From assembly GCA_964016885.1 (NCBI GenBank), contig OZ024742.1:341806001-341870000 (forward strand): a stretch of 64,000 nucleotides of DNA, in the 5' to 3' direction. The stretch is from Eledone cirrhosa. Lineage: Eukaryota. Of the stretch, positions 1 through 13,400 are shown piece by piece. A program made the position numbers and the translations under genes. Under the pieces are notes generated by a model. The model had not been told where the DNA came from. It did no database searches and saw nothing but the letters and a program-made list of their open reading frames with translations. Position 1 is the first letter of the stretch, and each line of letters begins with the position of its first letter.

Positions 1-3000
1 GTTTCACTCTACACGATACATCAGTGCTCTATCGAGAGTGTAGCTTCATTACAACATTTATTAAAACCCTGTTTTACTCTACACGGTACATCAGTGCTCT
101 ATCGAGAGTGTTATCTTCATTATAATATTTATTAAAACCCTGTTTCAATCTACACGGTACATCAGTGTTCTATCGGGAGTGTTAGCTTCATTACAATATT
201 TAGTAAAACGCTGTTTCACTCTACACGGTACATCAGTGTTCTATCGAGAGTGTTAGCTTCATTACAATATTTATTAAAACCCTGTTTCACTGTACACGGT
301 ACAACAGTGTTCTATCGAGAGTGTTAGCTTCATTACAATATTTAGTAAGACCCTGTTTCACTCTACACGGTACACCAGTCTTCTATGGGGAGTGTTAACT
401 TCATTACAATATTTATTAAAACCCTGTTTCACTCTACACGGTACATCAGTGTTCTATCGAGAGTGTTAGCTTCATTATAATATTTAGTAAAACCCTGTTT
501 CACTATACACGGTACACCAGTCTTCTATGGAGAGTGTTAACTTCATTACAATATTTATTAAAACCCTGTTTCACTCTACACGGTACATCAGTGCTCTATC
601 GAGAGTGTTAGCTTCATAGCAATATTTATTAAAACCCTGTTTCACTCTACACGGTACATCAGTGCTCTATCGAGAGTGTTAGCTTTATAACAATATTTAT
701 TAAAAACCTGTTTCACTCTACACGGTACATCAGTGTTCTATCGAGAGTGTTAGCTTCTTTACAGAATTTAGTAAAACCCTGTTTCACTCTACACGGTACA
801 TCAGTGTTCTATCGAGAGTGTTAGCTTCATTACAATATTCATTAAAACCCTGTTTCACTCTACACGGTACATCAGTGCTCTATCGAGAGTGTTAGCTTTA
901 TAACGATATTTATTAAAACCCTGTTTCAGTCTACACGGTACATCAGTGCTCTATCGAGAGCGTTAGCTTCTTTACAATATTTATTTAAACCCTGTTTCAC
1001 TCTACACGGTACATCAGTGTTCTATCGAGAGTGTTAGCTTCTTTACAGAATTTAGTAAAACCCTGTTTCACTCTACACGGTACATCAGTGTTCTATCGAG
1101 AGTGTTAGCTTCATTACAATATTCATTAAAACCCTGTTTCACTCTACACGGTACATCAGTGCTCTATCGAGAGTGTTAGCTTTATAACGATATTTATTAA
1201 AACCCTGTTTCAGTCTACACGGTACACCAGTCTTCTATGGGGAGTGTTAACTTCATTACAATATTTATTAAAACCCTGTTTCACTCTACACGGTACATCA
1301 GTGTTCTATCGAGAGTGTTAGCTTCATTATAATATTTAGTAAAACCCTGTTTCACTATAGACGGTACACCAGTCTTCTATGGAGAGTGTTAACTTCATTA
1401 CAATATTTATTAAAACCCTGTTTCACTCTACACGGTACATCAGTGCTCTATCGAGAGTGTTAGCTTCATAGCAATATTTATTAAAACCCTGTTTCACTCT
1501 ACACGGTACACCAGTGTTCTATCGAGAGTGTTAGCTTCATTACAATATTTATTAAAACCCTGTTTCACTCTACACGGTACATCAGTGTTCTATCGAGAGT
1601 GTTAGCTTCATTACAATATTTAGTAAGAACCTGTTTCACTCTACACGGTACACCAGTCTTCTATGGGGAGTGTTAACTTCATTACAATATTTATTAAAAC
1701 CCTGTTTCACTCTACACGGTACACCAGTGCTCTATCGTGAGTTTTAGCTTCATTACAATATTTAGTAAAACCTTGTTTCACTCTACACGGTACATCAGTG
1801 TTCTATCGAGAGTGTTAGCTTCATTACAATATTTAGTAAAACCCTGTTTCACTCTACACGGTACATCAGTGTTCTATCGAGAGTGTTAGCTTCATTACAA
1901 TATTTAGTAAAACCCTGTTTCACTCTATACGGTACATCAGTGTTCTATCGAGAGTGTTAACTTCATTACAATATTTAGTAAAATCCTGTTTCACTCTACA
2001 CGGTACATTAGTACTCTATCGAGAGTGTTAGCTTTATAACAGTATTTATTAAAACCCTGTTTCACTCTACACGGTACATCAGTGCTCTATCGAGAGTGTT
2101 AGCTTTATAACAATATTTATTAAAAACCTGTTTCACTCTACACGGTACATCAGTGTTCTATCGAGAGTGTTAGCTTCTTTACAGAATTTAGTAAAACCCT
2201 GTTTCACTCTACACGGTACATCAGTGTTCTATCGAGAGTGTTAGCTTCATTACAATATTCATTAAAACCCTGTTTCACTCTACACGGTACATCAGTGCTC
2301 TATCGAGAGTGTTAGCTTTATAACGATATTTATTAAAACCCTGTTTCAGTCTACACGGTACATCAGTGCTCTATCGAGAGCGTTAGCTTCTTTACAATAT
2401 TTATTTAAACCCTGTTTCACTCTACACAGTACATCAGTGTTCTATCGAGAGTGTTAGCTTCATTACAATATTTACTAAAACCGTGTTTCACCCTACACGA
2501 TACATCAGTGCTCTATCGAGAGTGTAGCTTCATTACAATATTTATTAAAACCCTGTTTTACTCTACACGGTACATCAGTGCTCTATCGAGAGTGTTATCT
2601 TCATTACAATATTTATTTAAACCCTGTTTCAATCTACACGGTACATCAGTGTTCTATCGGGAGTGTTAGCTTCATTACAATATTTAGTAAAACGCTGTTT
2701 CACTCTACACGGTACATCAGTGTTCTATCGAGAGTGTTAGCTTCATTACAATATTTATTAAAACCCTGTTTCACTCTACACGGTACAACAGTGTTATATC
2801 GAGAGTGTTAGCTTCATTACAATATTTATTAAAACGCTGTTTCACTCTATACGTTACATCAGTGTTCTATCGAGAGTGTTAGCTTCATTACAATATTTAG
2901 TAAAACCCTGTTTCACGCTACACGGTACATCAGTGCTCTATCGAGAGTGTTAGCTTCATTACAATATTTAGTAAAACCCTGTTTCACGCTACACGGTACA

Positions 3001-4319
3001 TCAGTGTTCTATCGAGAGTGTTAGCTTCATTACAATATTTATTAAAGCCCTGTTTCACTCTACACGGTACATCACTGTTCTATCGAGAGTTTTAGCTTCA
3101 TTACAATATTTAGTAAAACCCTGTTTCACTCTACACGGTACATCAGTGCTCTATCGATAGTGTTAGCTTCATTACAATATTCATTAAAACCCTGTTTCAC
3201 TCTGCACGGTACATCAGTGCTCTATCGAGAACGTTAGGTTCTTTACAATATTTATTAAAATCCTGTTTCACTCTACACGGTACATCAGTGTTCTATCGAG
3301 AGTGTTAGCTTCGTTACAGTATTTAGTAAAACCCTGTTTCACTCTACTCGATACATCAGTGTTCTATCGAGAGTGTAGCTTCATTACAATATTTATTAAA
3401 ACCCTGTTTCACTCTACACGGTACATCAGTGCTCTATTGAGAGTGTTAGCTTCATTACAATTTTTATTAAAACCCTGTTTCAAGCTACACGGTTCATCAG
3501 TGTTCTGTCGGGAGTGTTAGCTTCATTACAATATTTAGTAAAACCCTGTTTCACTCTACACGGTACATCAGTGTTCTATCGGGAGTGTTAGCTTCATTAC
3601 GATATTTAGTAAAACCCTGTTTCACTCTACACGGTACATCAGTGTTCTATCGAGAGTGTTAGCTTCATTACAATATTTAGTAAACCCTGTTTCACTCTAC
3701 ACGGTACATCAGTGTTTCTATCGAGAGTGTTAGCTTCATTACAATATTTAGTAAAACCCTGTTTCACGCTACACGGTACATCAGTGCTCTATCGAGAGTG
3801 TTAGCTTCATTACAATATTTATTAAAACCCTGTTTCACTCTACACGGTACATTAGTGTTCTATCGGGAGTGTTAGCTTCATTACAATATTTATTAAAACC
3901 CTGTTTCACTCTACACGGTACATCAGTGCTCTATCGGGAGTGTTAGCTTCATTACAATATTTAGTAAAACCCTGTTTCACTCTACACGGTACATCAGTGT
4001 TCTATCGAGAGTGTTAGCTTCATTACAATATTTAGTAAAACCCTGTTTCACCCTACACGGTACATCAGTACTCTATCGAGAGTGTTAGCTTCATTACAAT
4101 ATTTAGTAAAACCCTGTTTCACTCTACACGGTACACCAGTGTTCTATCGAGAGTGTTAGCTTCATTACAATATTTAGCAAAACCATGTTTCACTCTAGAC
4201 GGTACATCAGTGCTCTATCGAGAGTGTTAGCTTCATTACAATATTTAGTAAAACCCTGTTTCACTCTAGACGGTACATCAATGTTCTATCGAGAGTGTAG
4301 CTTCATTACAATATTTATT

Positions 4320-7300
4320 AAAACCCTGTTTCACTCTACACGGTACATCAGTGCTCTATCGAGAATGTTAGCTACATTACAATATTTAGTAAAACCCTGT
4401 TTCACTCTACACGGTACATCAGTGCTCTATCGAGAGTGTTAGCTTCATTACAATATTCATTAAAACCCTGTTTCACTCTACACGGTACATCAGTGCTCTA
4501 TCGAGAGTGTTAGCTTTATAACAATATTTATTAAAACCCTGTTTCACTCTACACGGTACATCAGTGCTCTATCGAGAGCGTTAGCTTCTTTACAATATTT
4601 ATTAAAACCCTGTTTCACTCTACACGGTACATCAGTGTTCTATCGAGAGTGTTAGCTTCATTAAAATATTTAGTAAAACCCTGTTTCACTCTACACGATA
4701 CATCAGTGCTCTATCGAGAGTGTAGCTTCATTACAATATTTATTAAAACCCTGTTTTACTCTACACGGTACATCAGTGTTCTATCCGGAATGTTAGCTTC
4801 ATTACAATATTTAGTAAAACCCTGTATCACCCTACACGGTACATCAGGGTTCTATCGGGAGCGTTAGCTTCATTACAATATTTAGTAAAACCCTGTTTCA
4901 CGCTACACGGTACATCAGTGCTCTATCGAGAGTGTTAGCTTCATTACAATATTTAGTAAAACCCTGTTTCACGCTACACGGTACATCAGTGCTCTATCGA
5001 GAGTGTTAGCTTCATTACAATATTTATTAAAACCCTGTTTCACTCTACACGGTACATCACTGTTCTATCGAGAGTTTTAGCTTCATTACAATATCTAGTA
5101 AAACCCTGTTTCACTCTACACGGTACATCAGTGCTCTATCGAGAGTGTTAGCTTCATTACAATATTCATTAAAACCCTGTTTCACTCTACACGGTACATC
5201 AGTGCTCTATCGAGAGTGTTAGCTTTATAACAATATTTATTAAAACCCTGTTTCACACTACACGGTACATCAGTGCTCTATCGAGAGCGTTAGCTTCTTT
5301 ACAATATTTATTAAAACCCTGTTTCAATCTACACGGTACATCAGTGTTCTATCGAGAGTGTTAGCTTCATTACAATATTTAGTAAAACCCTGTTTCACTG
5401 TACTCGATACATCAGTGTTCTATCGAGAGTGTAGCTGCATTACAATATTTAGTAAAACCCTGTTTCACTCTACACGGTACATCAGTGCTCTATCGAGAGT
5501 GTTAGCTTCATTACAATATTCATTAAAACCCTGTTTCACTCTACACGGTACATCAGTGCTCTATCGAGAGTGTTAGCTTCATTACAATATTCATTAAAAC
5601 CCTGTTTCACTCTACACGGTACATCAGTGCTCTATCGAGAGTGTTAGCTTTATAACAATATTTATTAAAACCCTGTTTCACTCTACACGGTACATCAGTG
5701 CTCTATCGAGAGCGTTAGCTTCTTTACAATATTTATTAAAACCCTGTTTCACTCTACACGGTACATCAGTGTTCTATCGAGAGTGTTAGCTTCATTAAAA
5801 TATTTAGTAAAACCCTGTTTCACTCTACTCGATACATCAGTGTTCTATCGAGAGTGTAGCTTCATTACAATTTTTATTAAAACCCTGTTTCAAGCTACAC
5901 GGTACATCAGTGTTCTGTCGGGAGTGTTAGCTTCATTACAATATTTAGTAAAACCCTGTTTCACTCTACACGGTACATCAGTGTTCTATCGGGAGTGTTA
6001 GCTTCATTACGATATTTAGTAAAACCCTGTTTCACTCTACACGGTACATCAGTGTTCTATCGAGAGTGTTAACTTCATTACAATATTTATTAAAACCCTG
6101 TTTCACTCTACACGGTACACCAGTGTTCTATCGAGAGTGTTAGCTTCATTACAATATTTATTAAAACCCTGTTTCACTCTACACGGTACATCAGTGTTCT
6201 ATCGAGAGTGTTAGCTTTATAACAATATTTATTAAAACCCTGTTTCACACTACGCGGTACATCAGTGCTCTATCGAGAGTGTTAGCTTCATTACAATATT
6301 TAGTAAAACCCTGTTTCACTCTACACGGTACATCAGTGTTCTATCGAGAGTGTTAGCTTCATTACAATATTTAGTAAGACCCTGTTTCACTCTACACGGT
6401 ACACCAGTCTTCTATGGGGAGTGTTAACTTCATTACAATATTTATTAAAACCCTATTTCAATCTACACGGTACATCAGTGTTCTATCGAGAGTGTTAGCT
6501 TCATTATAATATTTAGTAAAACCCTGTTTCACAATACACGGTATGCCAGTCTTCTATGGAGAGTGTTAACTTCATTACAATATTTATTAAAACCCTGTTT
6601 CACTCTACACGGTACATCAGTGCTCTATCGAGAGTGTTAGCTTCATTGCAATATTTATTAAAACCCTGTTTCACTCTACACGGTACACCAGTGTTCTATC
6701 GAGAGTGTTAGCTTCATTACAATATTTATTAAAACCCTGTTTCACTCTACACGGTACATCAGTGTTCTATCGAGAGTGTTAGCTTCATTACAATATTTAG
6801 TAAGACCCTGTTTCACTCTACACGGTACACCAGTCTTCTATGGGGAGTGTTAACTTCATTACAATATTTATTAAAACCCTGATTCACTCTACACGGTACA
6901 CCAGTGCTCTATCGGGAGTGTTAGCTCTATTACAAAATTTAGTAAAACCTTGTTTCACTCTACACGGTACATCAGTGTTCTATCGAGAGTGTTAGCTTCA
7001 TTACAATATTTAGTAAAACCCTGTTTCACTCTACACGGTACATCAGTGTTCTATCGAGTGTGTTAGCTTCATTACAATATTTAGTAAAACCCTGTTTCAC
7101 TCTACACGGTACATTAGTACTCTATCGAGAGTGTTAGCTTTATAACAATGTTTATTAAAACCCTGTTTCACTCTACACGGTACATCAGTGCTCTATCGAG
7201 AGTGTTAGCTTTATAACAATATTTATTAAAACCCTGTTTCACTCTACACGGTACATCAGTGTTCTATCGAGAGTGTTAGCTTCATTACAGTATTTAGTAA

Positions 7301-10300
7301 AACCCTGTTTCACTCTACACGGTACATCAGTTTTCTATCGAGAGTGTTAGCTTTATAACAATATTTATTAAAACCCTGTTTCACTCTACACGGTACATCA
7401 GTGTTCTATCGAGAGTGTTAGCTTCATTACAGTATTTAGTAAAACCCTGTTTCACTCTACACGGTACATCAGTGCTCTATCGAGAATGTTAGCTACATTA
7501 CAATATTTAGTAAAACCCTGTTTCACTCTACACGGTACATCAGTGCTCTATCGAGAGTGTTAGCTTCATTACAATATTCATTAAAACCCTGTTTCACTCT
7601 ACACGGTACATCAGTGCTCTATCGAGAGTGTTAGCTTTATAACAATATTTATTAAAACCCTGTTTCACTCTACACGGTACATCAGTGCTCTATCGAGAGC
7701 GTTAGCTTCTTTACAATATTTATTAAAACCCTGTTTCACTCTACACGGTACATCAGTGTTCTATCGAGAGTGTTAGCTTCATTAAAATATTTAGTAAAAC
7801 CCTGTTTCACTCTACACGATACATCAGTGCTCTATCGAGAGTGTAGCTTCATTACAATATTTATTAAAACCCTGTTTTACTCTACACGGTACATCAGTGT
7901 TCTATCCGGAATGTTAGCTTCATTACAATATTTAGTAAAACCCTGTATCACCCTACACGGTACATCAGGGTTCTATCGGGAGCGTTAGCTTCATTACAAT
8001 ATTTAGTAAAACCCTGTTTCACGCTACACGGTACATCAGTGCTCTATCGAGAGTGTTAGCTTCATTACAATATTTAGTAAAACCCTGTTTCACGCTACAC
8101 GGTACATCAGTGCTCTATCGAGAGTGTTAGCTTCATTACAATATTTATTAAAACCCTGTTTCACTCTACACGGTACATCACTGTTCTATCGAGAGTTTTA
8201 GCTTCATTACAATATCTAGTAAAACCCTGTTTCACTCTACACGGTACATCAGTGCTCTATCGAGAGTGTTAGCTTCATTACAATATTCATTAAAACCCTG
8301 TTTCACTCTACACGGTACATCAGTGCTCTATCGAGAGTGTTAGCTTTATAACAATATTTATTAAAACCCTGTTTCACACTACACGGTACATCAGTGCTCT
8401 ATCGAGAGCGTTAGCTTCTTTACAATATTTATTAAAACCCTGTTTCAATCTACACGGTACATCAGTGTTCTATCGAGAGTGTTAGCTTCATTACAATATT
8501 TAGTAAAACCCTGTTTCACTGTACTCGATACATCAGTGTTCTATCGAGAGTGTAGCTGCATTACAATATTTAGTAAAACCCTGTTTCACTCTACACGGTA
8601 CATCAGTGCTCTATCGAGAGTGTTAGCTTCATTACAATATTCATTAAAACCCTGTTTCACTCTACACGGTACATCAGTGCTCTATCGAGAGTGTTAGCTT
8701 CATTACAATATTCATTAAAACCCTGTTTCACTCTACACGGTACATCAGTGCTCTATCGAGAGTGTTAGCTTTATAACAATATTTATTAAAACCCTGTTTC
8801 ACTCTACACGGTACATCAGTGCTCTATCGAGAGCGTTAGCTTCTTTACAATATTTATTAAAACCCTGTTTCACTCTACACGGTACATCAGTGTTCTATCG
8901 AGAGTGTTAGCTTCATTAAAATATTTAGTAAAACCCTGTTTCACTCTACTCGATACATCAGTGTTCTATCGAGAGTGTAGCTTCATTACAATTTTTATTA
9001 AAACCCTGTTTCAAGCTACACGGTACATCAGTGTTCTGTCGGGAGTGTTAGCTTCATTACAATATTTAGTAAAACCCTGTTTCACTCTACACGGTACATC
9101 AGTGTTCTATCGGGAGTGTTAGCTTCATTACGATATTTAGTAAAACCCTGTTTCACTCTACACGGTACATCAGTGTTCTATCGAGAGTGTTAACTTCATT
9201 ACAATATTTATTAAAACCCTGTTTCACTCTACACGGTACACCAGTGTTCTATCGAGAGTGTTAGCTTCATTACAATATTTATTAAAACCCTGTTTCACTC
9301 TACACGGTACATCAGTGTTCTATCGAGAGTGTTAGCTTTATAACAATATTTATTAAAACCCTGTTTCACACTACGCGGTACATCAGTGCTCTATCGAGAG
9401 TGTTAGCTTCATTACAATATTTAGTAAAACCCTGTTTCACTCTACACGGTACATCATTGTTCTATCGAGAGTGTTAGCTTCATTACAATATTTAGTAAGA
9501 CCCTGTTTCACTCTACACGGTACACCAGTCTTCTATGGGGAGTGTTAACTTCATTACAATATTTATTAAAACCCTATTTCAATCTACACGGTACATCAGT
9601 GTTCTATCGAGAGTGTTAGCTTCATTATAATATTTAGTAAAACCCTGTTTCACAATACACGGTATGCCAGTCTTCTATGGAGAGTGTTAACTTCATTACA
9701 ATATTTATTAAAACCCTGTTTCACTCTACACGGTACATCAGTGCTCTATCGAGAGTGTTAGCTTCATTGCAATATTTATTAAAACCCTGTTTCACTCTAC
9801 ACGGTACACCAGTGTTCTATCGAGAGTGTTAGCTTCATTACAATATTTATTAAAACCCTGTTTCACTCTACACGGTACATCAGTGTTCTATCGAGAGTGT
9901 TAGCTTCATTACAATATTTAGTAAGACCCTGTTTCACTCTACACGGTACACCAGTCTTCTATGGGGAGTGTTAACTTCATTACAATATTTATTAAAACCC
10001 TGATTCACTCTACACGGTACACCAGTGCTCTATCGGGAGTGTTAGCTCTATTACAAAATTTAGTAAAACCTTGTTTCACTCTACACGGTACATCAGTGTT
10101 CTATCGAGAGTGTTAGCTTCATTACAATATTTAGTAAAACCCTGTTTCACTCTACACGGTACATCAGTGTTCTATCGAGTGTGTTAGCTTCATTACAATA
10201 TTTAGTAAAACCCTGTTTCACTCTACACGGTACATTAGTACTCTATCGAGAGTGTTAGCTTTATAACAATGTTTATTAAAACCCTGTTTCACTCTACACG

Positions 10301-10470
10301 GTACATCAGTGCTCTATCGAGAGTGTTAGCTTTATAACAATATTTATTAAAACCCTGTTTCACTCTACACGGTACATCAGTGTTCTATCGAGAGTGTTAG
10401 CTTCATTACAGTATTTAGTAAAACCCTGTTTCACTCTACACGGTACATCAGTTTTCTATCGAGAGTGTTA
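4320..10470 (+). repeat. Tandem duplication of a 3121-bp (44-monomer) block
   Basis: The private marker GAGAATGTTAGCTACATT is at 4361 and 7482. Identical ORF triplets start at 4649/5358/5783 and 7770/8479/8904. The offset 3121 = 44x71-3 matches three 70-bp monomers per copy. Confidence 0.93.
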
Positions 10471-13400
10471 GTTTCATTACAATATTCATTAAAACCCTGT
10501 TTCACTCTACACGGTACATCAGTGCTCTATCGAGAGTGTTAGCTTTATAACAATATTTATTAAAACCCTGTTTCACTCTACACGGTACATCAGTGCTCTA
10601 TCGAGAGCGTTAGCTTCTTTACAATATTTATTAAAACCCTGTTTCACTCTACACGGTACAACAGTGTTATATCGAGAGTGTTAGCTTCATTACAATATTT
10701 AGTAAAACCCTGTTTCACGCTACACGGTACATCAGTGTTCTATCGGGAGTGTTAGCTTCATTACAATATTTAGTGAAACCCTGTATCACCCTACACGGTA
10801 CATCAGTATTCTATCGGGAGTGTTAGCTTCATTACAATATTTAGTAAAACCCTGTTTCACGCTACACGGTACATCAGTGCTCTATCGAGAGTGTTAGCTT
10901 CATTACAATATTTAGTAAAACCCTGTTTCACGCTACACGGTACATCAGTGCTCTATCGAGAGTGTTAGCTTCATTACAATATTTATTAAAACCCTGTTTC
11001 ACTCTACACGGTAGATCACTGTTCTATCGAGAGTTTTAGCTTCATTACAATCTTTAGTAAAACCCTGTTTCACTCTACACGGTACATCAGTGCTCTATCG
11101 ATAGTGTTAGCTTCATTACAATATTTATTAAAACCCTGTTTCACTCTACACGGTACATCAGTGCTCTATCGAGAGTGTTAGCTTTATAACAATATTTATT
11201 AAAACCCTGTTTCACTCTACACGGTACATCAGTGCTCTATCGAGAGCGTTAGCTTCTTTACAATATTTATTAAAATCCTGTTTCACACTACATGGTACAT
11301 CAGTGTTCTATCGAGAGTGTTAGCTTCGTTACAGTATTTAGTAAAACCCTGTTTCACTCTACTCGATACATCAGTGTTCTATCGAGAGTGTAGCTTCATT
11401 ACAATATTTATTAAAACCCTGTTTCACTCTACACGGTACATCAGTGCTCTATTGAGAGAGTTAGCTTCATTACAATTTTTATTAAAACCCTGTTTCAAGC
11501 TACACGGTTCATCAGTGTTCTGTCGGGAGTGTTAGCTTCATTACAATATTTAGTAAAACCCTGTTTCACTCTACACGGTACATCAGTGTTCTATCGGGAG
11601 TGTTAGCTTCATTACGATATTTAGTAAAACCCTGTTTCATTCTACACGGTACATCAGTGTTCTATCGAGAGTGTTAGCTTCATTACAATATTTAGTAAAC
11701 CCTGTTTCACTCTACACGGTACATCAGTGTTCTATCGAGAGTATTAGCTTCATTACAATATTTAGTAAAACCCTGTTTCACGCTACACGGTACATCAGTG
11801 CTCTATCGAGAGTGTTAGCTTCATTACAATATTTATTAAAACCCTGTTTCACTCTACACGGTACATTAGTGTTCTATCGGGAGTGTTAGCTTCATTACAA
11901 TATTTATTAAAACCCTGTTTCACTCTACACGGTACATCAGTGCTCTATCGGGAGTGTTAGCTTCATTACAATATTTAGTAAAACCCTGTTTCACTCTACA
12001 CGGTACATCTGTGTTCTATCGAGAGTGTTAGCTTCATTACAATATTTAGTAAAACCCTGTTTCACCCTACACGGTACATCAGTACTCTATCGAGAGTGTT
12101 AGCTTCATTACAATATTTATTAAAACCCTGTTTCACTCTACACGGTACACCAGTGTTCTATCGAGAGTGTTACCTTCATTACAATATTTATTAAAACCCT
12201 GTTTCACTCTACACGGTACATCAGTGTTCTATCGAGAGTGTTAGCTTCATTACAATATTTAGTAAAACCCTGTTTCACTCTACACGGTACACCAGTGTTC
12301 TATCGAGAGAGTTAGCTTCATTACAATATTTAGCAAAACCCTGTTTCACTCTACACGGTACATCAGTGCTCTATCGAGAGTGTTAGCTTCATTACAATAT
12401 TTAGTAAAACCCTGTTTCACTCTAGACGGTACATCAATGTTCTATCGAGAGTGTAGCTTCATTACAATATTTATTAAAACCCTGTTTCACTCTACACGGT
12501 ACATCAGTGCTCTATCGAGAATGTTAGCTTCATTACAATATTTAGTAAAACCCTGTTTCACTCTACACGGTACATCAGTGCTCTATCGAGAGTGTTAGCT
12601 TCATTACAATATTCATTAAAACCCTGTTTCACTCTACACGGTACATCAGTGCTCTATCGAGAGTGTTAGCTTTATAACAATATTTATTAAAACCCTGTTT
12701 CACTCTACACGTTACATCAGTGCTCTATCGAGAGCGTTAGCTTCTTTACAATATTTATTAAAACCCTGTTTCACTCTACACGGTACATCAGTGTTCTATC
12801 GAGAGTGTTAGCTTCATTAAAATATTTAGTAAAACCCTGTTTCAATCTACACGATACATCAGTGCTCTATCGAGAGTTTTAGCTTCATTACAATATTTAG
12901 TAAAACCCTGTTTCACTCTACACGGTACATCAGTGCTCTATCGAGAGTGTTAGCTTCATTACAATATTCATTAAAACCCTGTTTCACTCTACACGGTACA
13001 TCAGTGCTCTATCTAGATTGTTAGCTTCGTTACAATATTCATTAAAACCCTGTTTCACTCTACACGGTACATCAGTGCTCTATCGAGAGTGTTAGCTTTA
13101 TAACAATATTTATTAAAACCCTGTTTCACTCTACACGGTACATCAGTGCTCTATCGAGAGCGTTAGCTTCTTTACAATATTTATTAAAACCCTGTTTCAC
13201 TCTACACGGTACATCAGTGTTCTATCGAGAGTGTTAGCTTCATTAAAATATTTAGTAAAACCCTGTTTCACTCTACACGATACATCAGTGCTCTGTCGAG
13301 AGTTTTAGCTTCATTACAATATTTAGTAAAACCCTGTTTCACTCTACACGGTACATCAGTGCTCTATCGAGCGTGTTAGCTTCATTACAATATTCATTAA

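Noticed and set aside
772-780. TAAAACCCT as a telomeric repeat (TTTTAGGG type) or telo-box (AAACCCTA)
   Set aside because: It is a single 8-9-bp match per monomer, never tandem, and is followed by G rather than A. This is compatible with chance in AT-rich sequence.
781-851. tRNA-, SINE- or 5S-derived tandem gene array (the monomer is tRNA-sized)
   Set aside because: I found no cloverleaf, no convincing A box or B box (GTTCGA-type) and no recognisable 5S or snRNA sequence on either strand.
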